This document shows, piece by piece, positions 9,295-18,956 of a stretch of DNA of 64,000 bases (positions are counted from its first letter, which is position 1; each line of letters opens with the position of its first letter). The stretch is from assembly GCA_034667685.1 (NCBI GenBank), contig JAXDQU010000012.1:11770-75769 (forward strand), given 5' to 3'. This DNA is from Thermoplasmata archaeon. Lineage in GTDB: Archaea; Thermoplasmatota; SW-10-69-26; JACQPN01; JAJPHT01. Below the pieces are notes generated by a model. It saw only the letters and a program-made list of their open reading frames with translations. It made no database searches and had not been told where the DNA came from. The translations under genes were made by a program, and so were the position numbers.

Positions 9295-10303
9295 ACGAGA
9301 GCGCGCGCCGCGCCAGCGCGGGGACGCCCGTCTCCATGCGCGCGAAGAACGGATCGTCCGTCGCGCCCTGGAGGTGCCGCGCGTAGCTCCCCTCCAGCAG
9401 GATCGCGAGCTTCCACGTGGCGAGCGCGCGGTAGAAGGGGAGGTGCGCGGCCTTGATCCCGGTGGCGGCCTCGTAGCGCTCGATGAGCTCGCTGCGCGTG
9501 GCGAAGCCCGGCGCCTCGGTCACGCGCGGCTCGAAGGGCAGGGCCGGAGGGTCTCCGCGCTCGCGCCAGAACGATAGCATCCAGCCGAGGTCGGCCAGCG
9601 GGTCGCCCAGCGTGCTCATCTCCCAGTCGAGGACCGCGACGAGCCGGCCCTCCGGGCTGAAGACCACGTTGTCCAGCTTGGAGTCGCCATGCACGAGCGT
9701 GGTGCGCGGGCTCTTGGGGACGTGCGCGGCGAGCCACGCGCCGGCCTCGCGAAGCTCCGGCACGGGGCGCTTCTTCTCGGTCCAGGGGAGCGTCATCTCC
9801 ATCTGGCCGGTCCAGCGCTTGACCTGCCGCTCCAGGTAGCCCTCGGGCTTTCCGAGCTGCGCGAGCGGCGTCCCTTCCCACGAGAGATTGTGGATCTCGG
9901 CGAGGGCGTCGACGAGCTCGAAGCCGAGCCTCCTTCGCGTGGGGGCGTCGTCGAGGGCGGGCGGGAGCGCGTTGCGCACGACGAAGCCTTCGACCTTCTC
10001 CATGAGGTAGAAGGGCGCGCCCAGGACGTCGGCGTCCTCGCACGCGGCGACGGGCCGCGGCGCGCGGACCGGGGTGTCGGCGAGCGCGGCGAGGATGCGG
10101 TGCTCGCGGAGCACGTCGTGCGCGGTGGGGAGGAACGCGCCCGCGGGGGGCCGGCGCAGCACGAGGTCGCGCCCGCCCCAGCGCAGGAAGAACGTCTCGT
10201 TGCTGTGCCCGGCCTGGTGGCGCTCCAGGGAGAAGTCGTCCGCCGCGCCCAGCGTCGCCGCGAGCCACGCGCGCAGCCTGCTTTCGTCGACGAGGGCGCT
10301 CAC
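9281..10303 (-). CDS. Phosphotransferase (APH / ACAD10-11 N-terminal-like)
   Basis: GHSNET, VLRRPP, AHDVLRE, LVHGDSKLDN, VLDWEMSTLGDPLADLG; coupled to acyl-CoA dehydrogenase. Confidence 0.9.
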   Translation of the reverse strand: MSALVDESRLRAWLAATLGAADDFSLERHQAGHSNETFFLRWGGRDLVLRRPPAGAFLPTAHDVLREHRILAALADTPVRAPRPVAACEDADVLGAPFYLMEKVEGFVVRNALPPALDDAPTRRRLGFELVDALAEIHNLSWEGTPLAQLGKPEGYLERQVKRWTGQMEMTLPWTEKKRPVPELREAGAWLAAHVPKSPRTTLVHGDSKLDNVVFSPEGRLVAVLDWEMSTLGDPLADLGWMLSFWRERGDPPALPFEPRVTEAPGFATRSELIERYEAATGIKAAHLPFYRALATWKLAILLEGSYARHLQGATDDPFFARMETGVPALARRALSFRAP

Positions 10304-11484
10304 GCGATCGACCCCGGCGCGGGGCGGCTCGATCCGCGCTCGCGCGTCGCATTCAGCACGCCGCGGGCGATGCTCATCTGGTGGACCTCGTCGGGCCCGT
10401 CGTAGATGCGGGCGGCGCGCGCGTCGCGCCAGAGCCGGGCGAGCGGCGTGTCCTCGCTGTAGCCCAGCGCGCCGTGGATCTGGATCGCGCGGTCGGCGAT
10501 GCGTTGCAGCGCGTTGGCGACGTGGACCTTCAGCATCGCGATCTCCTGGCGGTGCGGCAGGCCCTGGTCGATCTTCCACGCGGCGTGCATCACGACGAGG
10601 CGCGCGAGGTGCAGCTCGGTGGCCGAGTCCGCGATCATCCACTGGACGGCCTCCTTCTCCGCGAGCGGCCCGCCGAACGCCTCGCGCTCCAGCGCGCGCC
10701 GGCTCGCGAGGTCCAGCGCGCGCTGCGCCGCGCCGATCCAGCGCATGGCGTGCGCGATGCGGCCGCCGCCGAGCCGGTGCTGCGCGTGCTCCAGCCCGTG
10801 CCCTTCGACGCCGAGCAGTTCGCCGCGCGCGCCATCCAGCGCGACCTCGCCGTGGCCGCCGGGCGCGTGCGTTCCCATGACGGGCACGTCGCGCACGAGC
10901 TTCCAGCCAGGGTCCTGTGCGTCCACGAGGAAGAGGCTGAATCCTTCGCCCGTGCGCGCGACCGTGATCGCAAATGCGGCGCCGCGCGCGCCGGTGATGA
11001 ACCACTTCTCGCCGCGGAGGCGCCACGCGTCCCCGTCGCGCGTCGCGGTGGTGCGCAGCCCGCGCGGGTCGGCGCCGGCCGCCTTCTCCGTCATGGCGAA
11101 GCACGAGCGGATGCGCCCCTCGGCGAGCGGCTTGAGCCAGCGCTGCTGCTGGGCCGGCGTCCCGAACGATAGCAGCGTGTGCATGTTGCCCTCGTCGGGC
11201 GCGCTGCAGTTGAGCGCCAGGGGCGCCAGGGAGGAGGCGCCAAGCTCCTGCGAGACGAGCGCCATCCCGACGGTGGAGAGACCCAGCCCGCCCCATTCGC
11301 GCGGCAGGTGCGGCGTCCAGAGCCCGGCGGCGCGCGCCTTGGCCCGCAGCGCCTCCACGACGCGCGCGTCCGGCTCGCGGTCCAGGTCCATCTGCGCCTC
11401 CGCGGGGATCGCCTCGCGCGCGACGAACGCGGCGACGCGCTGGCGCAGCGCCTCCAGGTCGTCGGGCACCGCGAAGTCGATCAC
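10300..11484 (-). CDS. Acyl-CoA dehydrogenase
   Basis: NCSAPDEGNM, SCFAMTE, GEKWFITGA, AIQIHGALG, RIYDGPDEVH. Confidence 0.95.
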   Translation of the reverse strand: MIDFAVPDDLEALRQRVAAFVAREAIPAEAQMDLDREPDARVVEALRAKARAAGLWTPHLPREWGGLGLSTVGMALVSQELGASSLAPLALNCSAPDEGNMHTLLSFGTPAQQQRWLKPLAEGRIRSCFAMTEKAAGADPRGLRTTATRDGDAWRLRGEKWFITGARGAAFAITVARTGEGFSLFLVDAQDPGWKLVRDVPVMGTHAPGGHGEVALDGARGELLGVEGHGLEHAQHRLGGGRIAHAMRWIGAAQRALDLASRRALEREAFGGPLAEKEAVQWMIADSATELHLARLVVMHAAWKIDQGLPHRQEIAMLKVHVANALQRIADRAIQIHGALGYSEDTPLARLWRDARAARIYDGPDEVHQMSIARGVLNATRERGSSRPAPGSIA

Positions 11485-12521
11485 GCGCCGCCCCCGCGCT
11501 GCTGCGCCTCGAACCAGCGCACGGCATCGCGCTGCACCAGGAAGACGATGGCGAGGACGTTGAGCGCGGGGATCACGAGCGTCGTGATGGCGAACGCCGC
11601 GCCCACCCCGAAGAGCGCGACCATGGCCCAGCGCGTCCACGCGACGCCGCGCAGGCCTTGTGTCCCGGCGACGATGCCCATCACGCCGAACGCCGCGAGC
11701 GCGAGGGCGGCCAGCGCGCCAAGCTCCGCGGTGGGTGGCCCCGGGTAGGGCAGGGCTCCGGCGAAGCTCGCGTAGATGAGGAGCGCGAACGCGCTGACGC
11801 AGCCGATGGCGCCCAGCACGATCGAGAGCACGCACGCGAAGGTGACGCCGCCCGGCCGCGTCGTCGGCGCGGGATGCGCGGCGACGGGCGGCGCGAGGGC
11901 CCAGGAGGGGGCGCGCGCCGCCGTCCCGCATTGCGTGCAGAACGCCGCGCCGGGCGGCAACGGCGCGCCACACGAGGCGCAGAACGCCGACGCGGGGGAG
12001 GCGGGGGGAGGCGCGGGGGCGGCGGGGGCGCCGGTCTGGTAGGTCGCGAGCGGCCGGCCGTAGTGCGTCTCGGTGCCGCGGTACGCGAGGCCGAGGCGCG
12101 CCAGGACGGCGAGGCTGCGCGCGTTGCCCGGATCGACCACGGCCACGATGCGCGGCAGGCCGATCTCCTCGAAGCCCCAGCGCACGACGCGCCGCGCCGC
12201 CTCCGTCGCGTACCCCTTGCCCCAGGCGGCGCGCGCGAGGCCATAGTAGACCTCCACCTCCTGCGAGTCCTCCAGCGGCATGAGCCCCACCCAGCCCACG
12301 ACCTCGCCGCTGGCCTTCTCCACGATGGCGAAGTGGCGCCGCTGCGGATCCGCGCCCGAAAGCCGCCGCTGGAACGCCGCGCGCGCCTGCTCCGTCGTGA
12401 GCGGCTGGCCGCCGGGCAGATGGCGCATGACCTCGGCGTCCTGCACCAGCCGCAGGTAGGCGGGCTCGTCCTGCGGCTCGTAGGGACGCAGGAGCAGGCG
12501 CTCGGTCTCCAGGGTGGTCAT
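11481..12521 (-). CDS. RimJ/RimL-type GNAT acetyltransferase fused to zinc-ribbon and membrane domain
   Basis: LETERLLLRP, WGKGYATEAA, NARSLAVLARLG; then CASCG..CTQCG and 3-4 hydrophobic helices. Confidence 0.8.
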   Translation of the reverse strand: MTTLETERLLLRPYEPQDEPAYLRLVQDAEVMRHLPGGQPLTTEQARAAFQRRLSGADPQRRHFAIVEKASGEVVGWVGLMPLEDSQEVEVYYGLARAAWGKGYATEAARRVVRWGFEEIGLPRIVAVVDPGNARSLAVLARLGLAYRGTETHYGRPLATYQTGAPAAPAPPPASPASAFCASCGAPLPPGAAFCTQCGTAARAPSWALAPPVAAHPAPTTRPGGVTFACVLSIVLGAIGCVSAFALLIYASFAGALPYPGPPTAELGALAALALAAFGVMGIVAGTQGLRGVAWTRWAMVALFGVGAAFAITTLVIPALNVLAIVFLVQRDAVRWFEAQQRGGGA

Positions 12522-12536
12522 TGACCCCGAGGAGGC

Positions 12537-13454
12537 TCAACCGTATGTGAAGGTAGTGCAATGGCTCGTGTAGCCGTCATCGAAGCACAGCTTCGTCGGA
12601 TACGCGCTCGCAGGGATCTCAAAAGCGAGTTCCCCTTCGAGCGCACCTCCGGCATCCACGTCTCCATCCTGCATCGCACGCGGAAGGGAGTACGTCGCGC
12701 TGTCGTAGTCCCGGCTGACGCCGTCCGACGAGGAGAGCTTGAAGTCAAAGGGATTGACGTTGAACGTCTTCTGCCCGGCGTTCTTGACGGTCAGGTCCAC
12801 GGTCACGAACTTGTGCCCGGTCTGGGCGCAACTGTAGCCGATGCAGTCTCGGTGGTCGGATCCAAGGCTCTCGAACATGGCGCAGTACCGGGCGCCCGCG
12901 CAATCGTCCTGATGATAACTTGAGGGGTTCTGATTGGGGGAAGCGGGCGTGGGGGATCCGCCGGGGGGGCTTGCGGGCGTCGAGCTCACGGGCGACGCGC
13001 TTGAGTCTCCCGGCGCCGGAGACGTCGGGCTCCCCACCGATGCGCCTTGGGCCTGGACGGCTGAGGACGTGCCGGAATCGCCGGTGCTCCCGGGACGGGA
13101 AGGCGCGCTCCCCGCGATGGCGAGGAGCACAAGACTGACGGCGAGCGCGCCGGAGAGGTGCTTGGCCCACGGCCGCGTTGCCTTTGGAAGGAGAAGACAC
13201 ACCGCGACAATGAGGCCGAGGAGCGCGAAAGGACCGAGCACGTCCGCGGTCGCGGTATCGTGGCTCGCCAGCCCTGCCAACATGATGATGCCGGCCCCGG
13301 CGACCATGAGCCAAAGAAACTTCGCCCAGCGAGGAGTCGGCCGTTTGCTCGGCGCTGGTTCCGGGGGCACGACGAGGGGAAGTTGGGCACCGCAGCGACC
13401 ACAGAACCGTTCGCCAGGCTGGCCTTGGGCCCCGCAGTTACCGCATTGGGTCAT
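12537..13454 (-). CDS. Zinc-ribbon + transmembrane + DUF4352-like Ig domain protein
   Basis: CGNCG..FCGRCG, 3 TM helices, S/P linker, FVTVDLTVKN..NPFDFKL..GELAFEIP; codon usage more AT-rich than neighbours. Confidence 0.75.
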   Translation of the reverse strand: MTQCGNCGAQGQPGERFCGRCGAQLPLVVPPEPAPSKRPTPRWAKFLWLMVAGAGIIMLAGLASHDTATADVLGPFALLGLIVAVCLLLPKATRPWAKHLSGALAVSLVLLAIAGSAPSRPGSTGDSGTSSAVQAQGASVGSPTSPAPGDSSASPVSSTPASPPGGSPTPASPNQNPSSYHQDDCAGARYCAMFESLGSDHRDCIGYSCAQTGHKFVTVDLTVKNAGQKTFNVNPFDFKLSSSDGVSRDYDSATYSLPRAMQDGDVDAGGALEGELAFEIPASAYPTKLCFDDGYTSHCTTFTYG

Positions 13455-13499
13455 GGGAGGAAGAGGGTCGCAGAGGTAACATGATTTCTGGAGTTGTCC

Positions 13500-15932
13500 T
13501 CAGGAGAGGGATTCAAGAACCACCTGAGAGGTCCCATCCTCCAAAGCTTCGACGCGCAGCACGGTCTCCGCGGCGTCCTTCACGTCGCCCACGTGCGTGA
13601 TGATGAGGATCTGGCGGAAGTGCCCCGTGAGCCCCTTGAGGGCGAGGAGGATGTTCTGCTTGCGGATCTCGTCCTGGCTGCCGAAGATCTCGTCGAGCGC
13701 GAGGAAGCCGAAGCCCTCGGTGCCGGCGCGCTCGGCGACGACCTGCGAGACGGCGAGGCGCAGGCACAGGTTCGCCAGGTCGCCCTCGCCGCCGCTGAAG
13801 CGCGCCAGCTCGAAGTGCTGCCCTTCGTCGAGGACGCGCAGGCCGTAGTCCTCCGCGACCTCGAGGTCGGCGTAGCGCCCCTCGGTCATCTCGCGGAAGA
13901 GGCGGCCCGCGTGGTTCGACAGCAGCGGCCGGAGCCGGCCGATGAGGTGGTCCTTGAACTCGGGCAGGAGCCCCTGCTCGCGGTCGCCCGCCAGCAGCTC
14001 GAGCAGCGTCACGCGCGCCGCGAGCGCCTCGGCCTGCTTCGCGAGCGCCTCCTGCTGCGCGATCTGCGCCTGCGCGGCGCGCGCCGTCTCCGCGAGGCGC
14101 GCCAGCTCGCCCTGGACGCGCTCGCGGGTGACGCGCGCCTCGGTCAACCGCCCCTCGGCCGACGCGGCCGCCGTCTCCGCCGCGGCGTGCGCGGCCTCGT
14201 CGAAGCCCAGCGCGTCGCGAGCCTGCGTGGCGGCCGCGCGCTGGGCCTCGGCCTCGGCCGCCGAGAGCGCAAGCTCGCCCAGGAGCGCCACGAGGTCCGT
14301 CTCGCGCTCGGCCTGCGCGCAGAGCGCCGCGTGCCGGCGCGCGTCCGCGTCGAGCGCCTGCGCCAGCGCGCGGGCGGCCTGCTCGGCGGCCGCGTCGTAG
14401 GGCTCCTCGCCCAGCGCCGCGGCCTGGCCCGCGAGGCGCTCGTGGCGCGCGCGGGCATCGACGACGCGCGCCTGGAGCCCGGCGAGGCGCGTCTCGTCGG
14501 CCACCAGCTTGTCGAGCTTGACGCGCAGCTCCTTCTCGCGCTCCGCGAGCGCCGCGAGGCCGGCGCGCCCCTTCGCCTCGTCGTCGCGCAGCTTCGCCAG
14601 CGCGAGGCCCATCTCGGTGAGCGCGGCGCGGTGCGCGTCGATCTCGACGCCGAAGCCGTGGAGCAGCTCGCCGTGGTGCTCGCGCAGCGGCCGCGTGCAG
14701 GTGGGGCAGGGCGTCTCGGGGCCCATCTCGCGGATGCGCTTCGCCTTGGCCTCCGCCTCGTTCAGCTGGCGCGCGCGCTCCTTCCGCGAGGCCTCGACCC
14801 CGCTGGCCTGCTGCACGGCGGCGTCGTACGCGGCCTGCGTCTGCGGGCGCTGCGTCGCGACGCGGTCGGCCAGCGCGCGCACGGTGCCCAGCGCGGCGAG
14901 ACGCTCCTGGGCCTGCGCGATCTCCGTCTCGGCGGCCTGCGCGTCGGCCAGGGCGCGCGTCATCTCCGCGCGCACCCGCGCGAGCTCCTCGTGCTTGACG
15001 CGCCGCGCCGCGAGCGCTTCGAGCCGCGCCTTGGCCTCGGGGATCTGCGCCAGGCGCGGGGCGAGCGCGTCGGCCTGCGCGGCGGCCTCGCGCGCCTTGG
15101 CGAGCTCCGCGGCGCGCGTCTGCTGCTGGGCGGCCAGGTGCCCCACGCGCTGCTCGGCGAGCCGGATCGCCGCGAGGACGAGCTTGTGCTCCTCCGCGCG
15201 CTTCCGGCCGGCGTCGCGGACTTCGCGGAGCGACTCGACCTCCTCGACGAGCTGCGCGATGCGCGCCTCCGCTTCCGCGACGCGCGCGCGGGCGGCCTCG
15301 CTTTCGATCTGCGCGCGCTGGACCGACTCGGCGAGCGCGGCCGGGTCGACCAGCGCGCTGCGCACGCCCGCCAGGTGCGCGCGGGCCTCGCGGCGCTGCG
15401 TGCGCGCGAGCTGGATCGCGCCGTCCACCGCGTCGAGGCGCAGCAGGCCGATGAGCAGCCGCTTGCGGTCGGAGGCCTTGGCGTCCGTGAGCGCGGAAAG
15501 CTCGCGCTGCCTTGCCACGAGCGTCGTGAAGAACGCCTCGCGGTCCATGTGGAAGAGGCGCTCCACGTAGGCCGTCGCCTCCTTGCTCGACGCGGCGCCG
15601 GGCGGCACGACGAGCTTGCCGTCCACCTTCACGGAGGCGACGTGCGCCTCGGACTTCCCGAGCAATTCGCGCACGACCTCGTAGGTGTGCGCGCCGAAGC
15701 GGAACTGGAGCAGCACGCGCACGTCGTCGCCCGGCGCGGCCCCCCGGCGCTTGATGAGGTCCTTGCCCGTCCTCGCGGCGTCGTGCCCGTAGAGGCACCA
15801 GCCCACGCTCTCCAGCAGCGTGCTCTTGCCCGCGCCATTGCGGCCCACGAGCGCGATGACGCCGTCGGGCAGCTCGAGGTCGACGAACTTGAACCGCCGG
15901 AAGTTCTGGATGCGGAGGCGGTCGATCCTCAT
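13500..15932 (-). CDS. rad50: DNA double-strand break repair ATPase Rad50/SbcC
   Basis: Walker A GRNGAGKS, coiled coils, CPTC zinc hook, FSGGE signature, LALDE Walker B; start MRIDRL. Confidence 0.95.
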   Translation of the reverse strand: MRIDRLRIQNFRRFKFVDLELPDGVIALVGRNGAGKSTLLESVGWCLYGHDAARTGKDLIKRRGAAPGDDVRVLLQFRFGAHTYEVVRELLGKSEAHVASVKVDGKLVVPPGAASSKEATAYVERLFHMDREAFFTTLVARQRELSALTDAKASDRKRLLIGLLRLDAVDGAIQLARTQRREARAHLAGVRSALVDPAALAESVQRAQIESEAARARVAEAEARIAQLVEEVESLREVRDAGRKRAEEHKLVLAAIRLAEQRVGHLAAQQQTRAAELAKAREAAAQADALAPRLAQIPEAKARLEALAARRVKHEELARVRAEMTRALADAQAAETEIAQAQERLAALGTVRALADRVATQRPQTQAAYDAAVQQASGVEASRKERARQLNEAEAKAKRIREMGPETPCPTCTRPLREHHGELLHGFGVEIDAHRAALTEMGLALAKLRDDEAKGRAGLAALAEREKELRVKLDKLVADETRLAGLQARVVDARARHERLAGQAAALGEEPYDAAAEQAARALAQALDADARRHAALCAQAERETDLVALLGELALSAAEAEAQRAAATQARDALGFDEAAHAAAETAAASAEGRLTEARVTRERVQGELARLAETARAAQAQIAQQEALAKQAEALAARVTLLELLAGDREQGLLPEFKDHLIGRLRPLLSNHAGRLFREMTEGRYADLEVAEDYGLRVLDEGQHFELARFSGGEGDLANLCLRLAVSQVVAERAGTEGFGFLALDEIFGSQDEIRKQNILLALKGLTGHFRQILIITHVGDVKDAAETVLRVEALEDGTSQVVLESLS

Positions 15933-15957
15933 CCGCGACACTCCTCCCAGCGTCTTG

Positions 15958-16039
15958 CTCCAGCCACAGAGGACACAGAGGCCACAGAGGATGATTTGTC
16001 TCTCGTCCTCTGTGGCCTCTGTGTCCTCTGTGGCTGGAG
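15958..16039. repeat. Palindrome of 9-nt CACAGAGG(A/C) units between mre11 and rad50
   Basis: 15958-15991 is the exact 34-bp reverse complement of 16006-16039. Confidence 0.95.
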
Positions 16040-16056
16040 GGAGACAGGCCATGCCA

Positions 16057-17175
16057 TCATTTGGGATCCCCGCCTGCCGCGCTCGCCAGCAATGCCTTCG
16101 CCTCGCGGAGCACCGCGTCCCGGTCCGCGCCGAGCGTCCGCTGGGAGAGGAAGCCTTCGAACTCGTCTTCGAGCGAGCCCAGCGCGGCGGAGACGACGCC
16201 CGCGTTCTCGCGGCGCACGATCTCGGGCTGGAGGTCGAAGTGGAACGCGCCCTGCGTGAGCTGCTTGACGCGGCGGAAGTCCAGCGTGGCGTGGACGTGC
16301 GCCGGGATGCCGGTGACGCGCAGCCGCGCGATGGCGTCCTGGAGGTCGGCGGCCCCGAGCGCGTCGTACACCGCGCCGGGGGCGTCGGCCTCGGCCATGC
16401 CCTCGCAGCGCACCGGGGGCAGCATCTCCATGCGGCGCGCGGGGAGCGAGAGCGGCGTCACGGTGCCGCGCGCCAGGTCGACGAGGTTGACGCTCTTCGT
16501 CTCGCCGCATTCCTTGAACGTGCAGCGCTCCGTGCTGCCCGCGTACCAGACCTTGGGCGCCACCTCGACCGCGCGGTGGTAGTGCCCGAGCGCCACGTAG
16601 TCCATCCCCGGGGGAATCTCGTTCTGCGGGACGACCTGCTCGTGGAACTCGCCCGTCCTGAAGTCGCCCACGCCCACGACGCCCGCGTGCAGCGCGGCCA
16701 CGTTCCAGCGCGCGCCCTCCGCCGGGCGCACGGCGCGCAGCTGCGCCAGGAGCGCGTCGTTGTCCGCGGCGTGCGGGGTCGCGTGGATCGCCAGGTCGCC
16801 GACGCGCACCACCTCGGTCTTGCCCTTGTAGACCGCGCGCACGCCCGGGATGAACTCCAGGAGGCGCAGCACCGCGCCCGTCTCGCGCAGCCTCGGGGCC
16901 TCGTGGTTTCCCGAGATCACGACGAAGGGAATGCCCGCCTCATGCAGCCGGCGGCACTGGTCCATGACGTGGTGCAGGGCGCGGTTCGTGGGGCGCACGC
17001 TATCAAACAGGTCGCCGCTGTGGAGCACGACGTCGACGCGCTTCTCGAGCGCGACGTCGATGGCGCGGCGGAAGGCGTCGAAGAAGTCCTGCTCGCGGGC
17101 GTTCAGTCCCTCTGGTGTTACCCGGCTGTAGGCCGCGAATCCGACGTGGGTGTCGCTGACGTGGAGGAGCTTCAT
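16057..17175 (-). CDS. mre11: Mre11/SbcD nuclease
   Basis: HVSDTHVG, HSGDLFD, ISGNHE, YVALGHYH, YAGS. Confidence 0.95.
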   Translation of the reverse strand: MKLLHVSDTHVGFAAYSRVTPEGLNAREQDFFDAFRRAIDVALEKRVDVVLHSGDLFDSVRPTNRALHHVMDQCRRLHEAGIPFVVISGNHEAPRLRETGAVLRLLEFIPGVRAVYKGKTEVVRVGDLAIHATPHAADNDALLAQLRAVRPAEGARWNVAALHAGVVGVGDFRTGEFHEQVVPQNEIPPGMDYVALGHYHRAVEVAPKVWYAGSTERCTFKECGETKSVNLVDLARGTVTPLSLPARRMEMLPPVRCEGMAEADAPGAVYDALGAADLQDAIARLRVTGIPAHVHATLDFRRVKQLTQGAFHFDLQPEIVRRENAGVVSAALGSLEDEFEGFLSQRTLGADRDAVLREAKALLASAAGGDPK

Positions 17176-17195
17176 GGTGCGGCCTTCCCGTCCGG

Positions 17196-17291
17196 GCCGC
17201 CTCTGGCGGGGAAACCGCGGAATCTCCGAATCTCCGAATCACGCGGAGATTCTGGGATGCCGAGATTCCGTCCTTTTCCGCCGGAGGCGGC
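17196..17291. repeat. Palindromic element of 8-nt GAATCTCC units between herA and mre11
   Basis: gccgcctctggcgg / ccgccggaggcggc outer arms; inner (gaatctcc)n against (gagattc)n. Confidence 0.85.
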
Positions 17292-17299
17292 TGGAAGCG

Positions 17300-18874
17300 T
17301 CAGTAGAAGTCCTCCCCCACCTTCTCGCGCACGGGCACCGCGGCCTCGACCACCACGGGCGTCTTGGCGAGCCGCTCCACGTAGTCCTCGAAGAGGTGGA
17401 CCTGCGCGGGGATCGCGAAGGGCGCGTAGGGGCTCGTGATCAGCACCTCGCCGGGCATCAGCGTCTGGATCTCGTTCTCCAGGGACGCGACGTCCTGCTT
17501 GGCGCTGTCCTTGAGCGTCTGGCGGTCCTGGGCGTCGGCGAGGCCCATGATGAAGAGCGTGTTGAACTGGCTCAGGCATTCGCGGTCGACGAGCTTGGGC
17601 TGCTGCGTGATGGCGCAGAGGCCGGTCTTGAACTTCCTGCCTTCGCGCGCGATCTGGGCGAAGACGTTGGACGCGCTGGCCTTGCCGAGGACGCGTTGCG
17701 CCTCTTCGAGCGTGATGAGGATCGGCGGCACGTCGTCGAAGCCGTCCTCCGCGAAGAGGCGCTTGTTCTCCTCGAAGACGGCCCGCGCGAGCACGCTGTT
17801 GACGAGAAGCTCTTCGGCCTCGGAGAGGCCGCCGGTGTCCACGAGGACGACCTTGCCTTCGTGGAGCTCGCGGATGACGTTCTTCGTGACGCTGACCTTC
17901 TCGTCGCGGTGGACGAGGCCGCTGCGGAAGAGGCGCGCGATGCGGCGCTTCACGACGCTGATGCTGCCCTCGTGGAAGTTGGGCAGGTCGTTCTTGAGGT
18001 CGGCCGGACTGCGGTCGTGGATGTCGGCGAGCCAGCTCCCGCCGTAGCGCCAGCGCGCGGCGTCGAGCAGCTCGCCCTGGGGGCCGGAGAACTCGAAGAG
18101 TTGCTTGAGGTCGGGGATCTCGATCTCGTGCGCGCTCACCTGGAGCTTGGTGTAGCTGCCCTTGAGCGGTCGCGTGGCGTAGACGCGCAGGTTGCGCGCG
18201 GCGAGCGGGTGGTGCTTGAGGCCGAGTTGGCTCGCGCGCCCCGCGCCGTCGTAGTACTCGCCGTGCGGGTCCACGATGAGGAGGCCGTAGCGCCCCGTGT
18301 TCATGACGCTGGCCGCGAGCACGCGCATGAGGTTCGACTTGCCCATGCCGGTGGTGGCGAAGACGCCGACGTGGTACGGGAAGCTCACGTGCCCCTTGAT
18401 GCCCACGGGGAACGGCACGGTCGTCTCGCCGCTGCGGAGATAGCCGACCTCGACGTCGCCCATGTCCTCGCGCAGGAAGGCGTAGTCCGTCTCGTTGGCG
18501 CGGCGGACCTTGGCGAAGTGCGCGGGGAGCGTCTTGGCCTTGCGGAAGCGGCCCCCCTTGACGTAGCCGAGCGGGACGGCGACGCCCACCCGGTAGAGGC
18601 GCGTGGTCTCGTCCCAGAAGTTGGCGGGGTCCCAGCGGCCGGCCTCCTCCAGCGTCATCATGCGGCCGGCCATGCGGGCGGCCAATTCGGGCTCGCCTTC
18701 GAGGCCGAAGCGCACGTCGGTGACGCGCATCAGGAGGGGGACGCTCTGCGCCGGGTCTTCCGCGACGAGCAGGTCGCCGACGCAGACCTCGGCGTCGTGC
18801 GGGCAGCGGAACGTCAGCTCCAGGACGCTGTTGCCGGTGATCCTGCCCTGGACGTCGTTCAGGCGCGACCCCAT
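17300..18874 (-). CDS. herA: HerA-type helicase/ATPase
   Basis: N-terminal HAS-like region, ATTGMGKS, IVDPHGEY, ITLEEAQR, IAREGRKF, TQQP; upstream of mre11-rad50. Confidence 0.9.
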   Translation of the reverse strand: MGSRLNDVQGRITGNSVLELTFRCPHDAEVCVGDLLVAEDPAQSVPLLMRVTDVRFGLEGEPELAARMAGRMMTLEEAGRWDPANFWDETTRLYRVGVAVPLGYVKGGRFRKAKTLPAHFAKVRRANETDYAFLREDMGDVEVGYLRSGETTVPFPVGIKGHVSFPYHVGVFATTGMGKSNLMRVLAASVMNTGRYGLLIVDPHGEYYDGAGRASQLGLKHHPLAARNLRVYATRPLKGSYTKLQVSAHEIEIPDLKQLFEFSGPQGELLDAARWRYGGSWLADIHDRSPADLKNDLPNFHEGSISVVKRRIARLFRSGLVHRDEKVSVTKNVIRELHEGKVVLVDTGGLSEAEELLVNSVLARAVFEENKRLFAEDGFDDVPPILITLEEAQRVLGKASASNVFAQIAREGRKFKTGLCAITQQPKLVDRECLSQFNTLFIMGLADAQDRQTLKDSAKQDVASLENEIQTLMPGEVLITSPYAPFAIPAQVHLFEDYVERLAKTPVVVEAAVPVREKVGEDFY

Positions 18875-18956
18875 GCGGCAGGCTAAGCCGCTTCACATCT
18901 TCATGATGGAGGGCTGGCCGAAACGAAGGTGGGTTGCGCGTGGAGCGCGTGGAGCC

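Noticed and set aside
15933-16052. N-terminal extension of Rad50 in the ORF track (similar cases for PurU, VIT1, GlmU)
   Set aside because: Read-through of intergenic repeats or leaders; family homology starts at downstream start codons
17300-18874. HerA as an anti-phage defence ATPase
   Set aside because: Its context with mre11-rad50 indicates the housekeeping repair helicase
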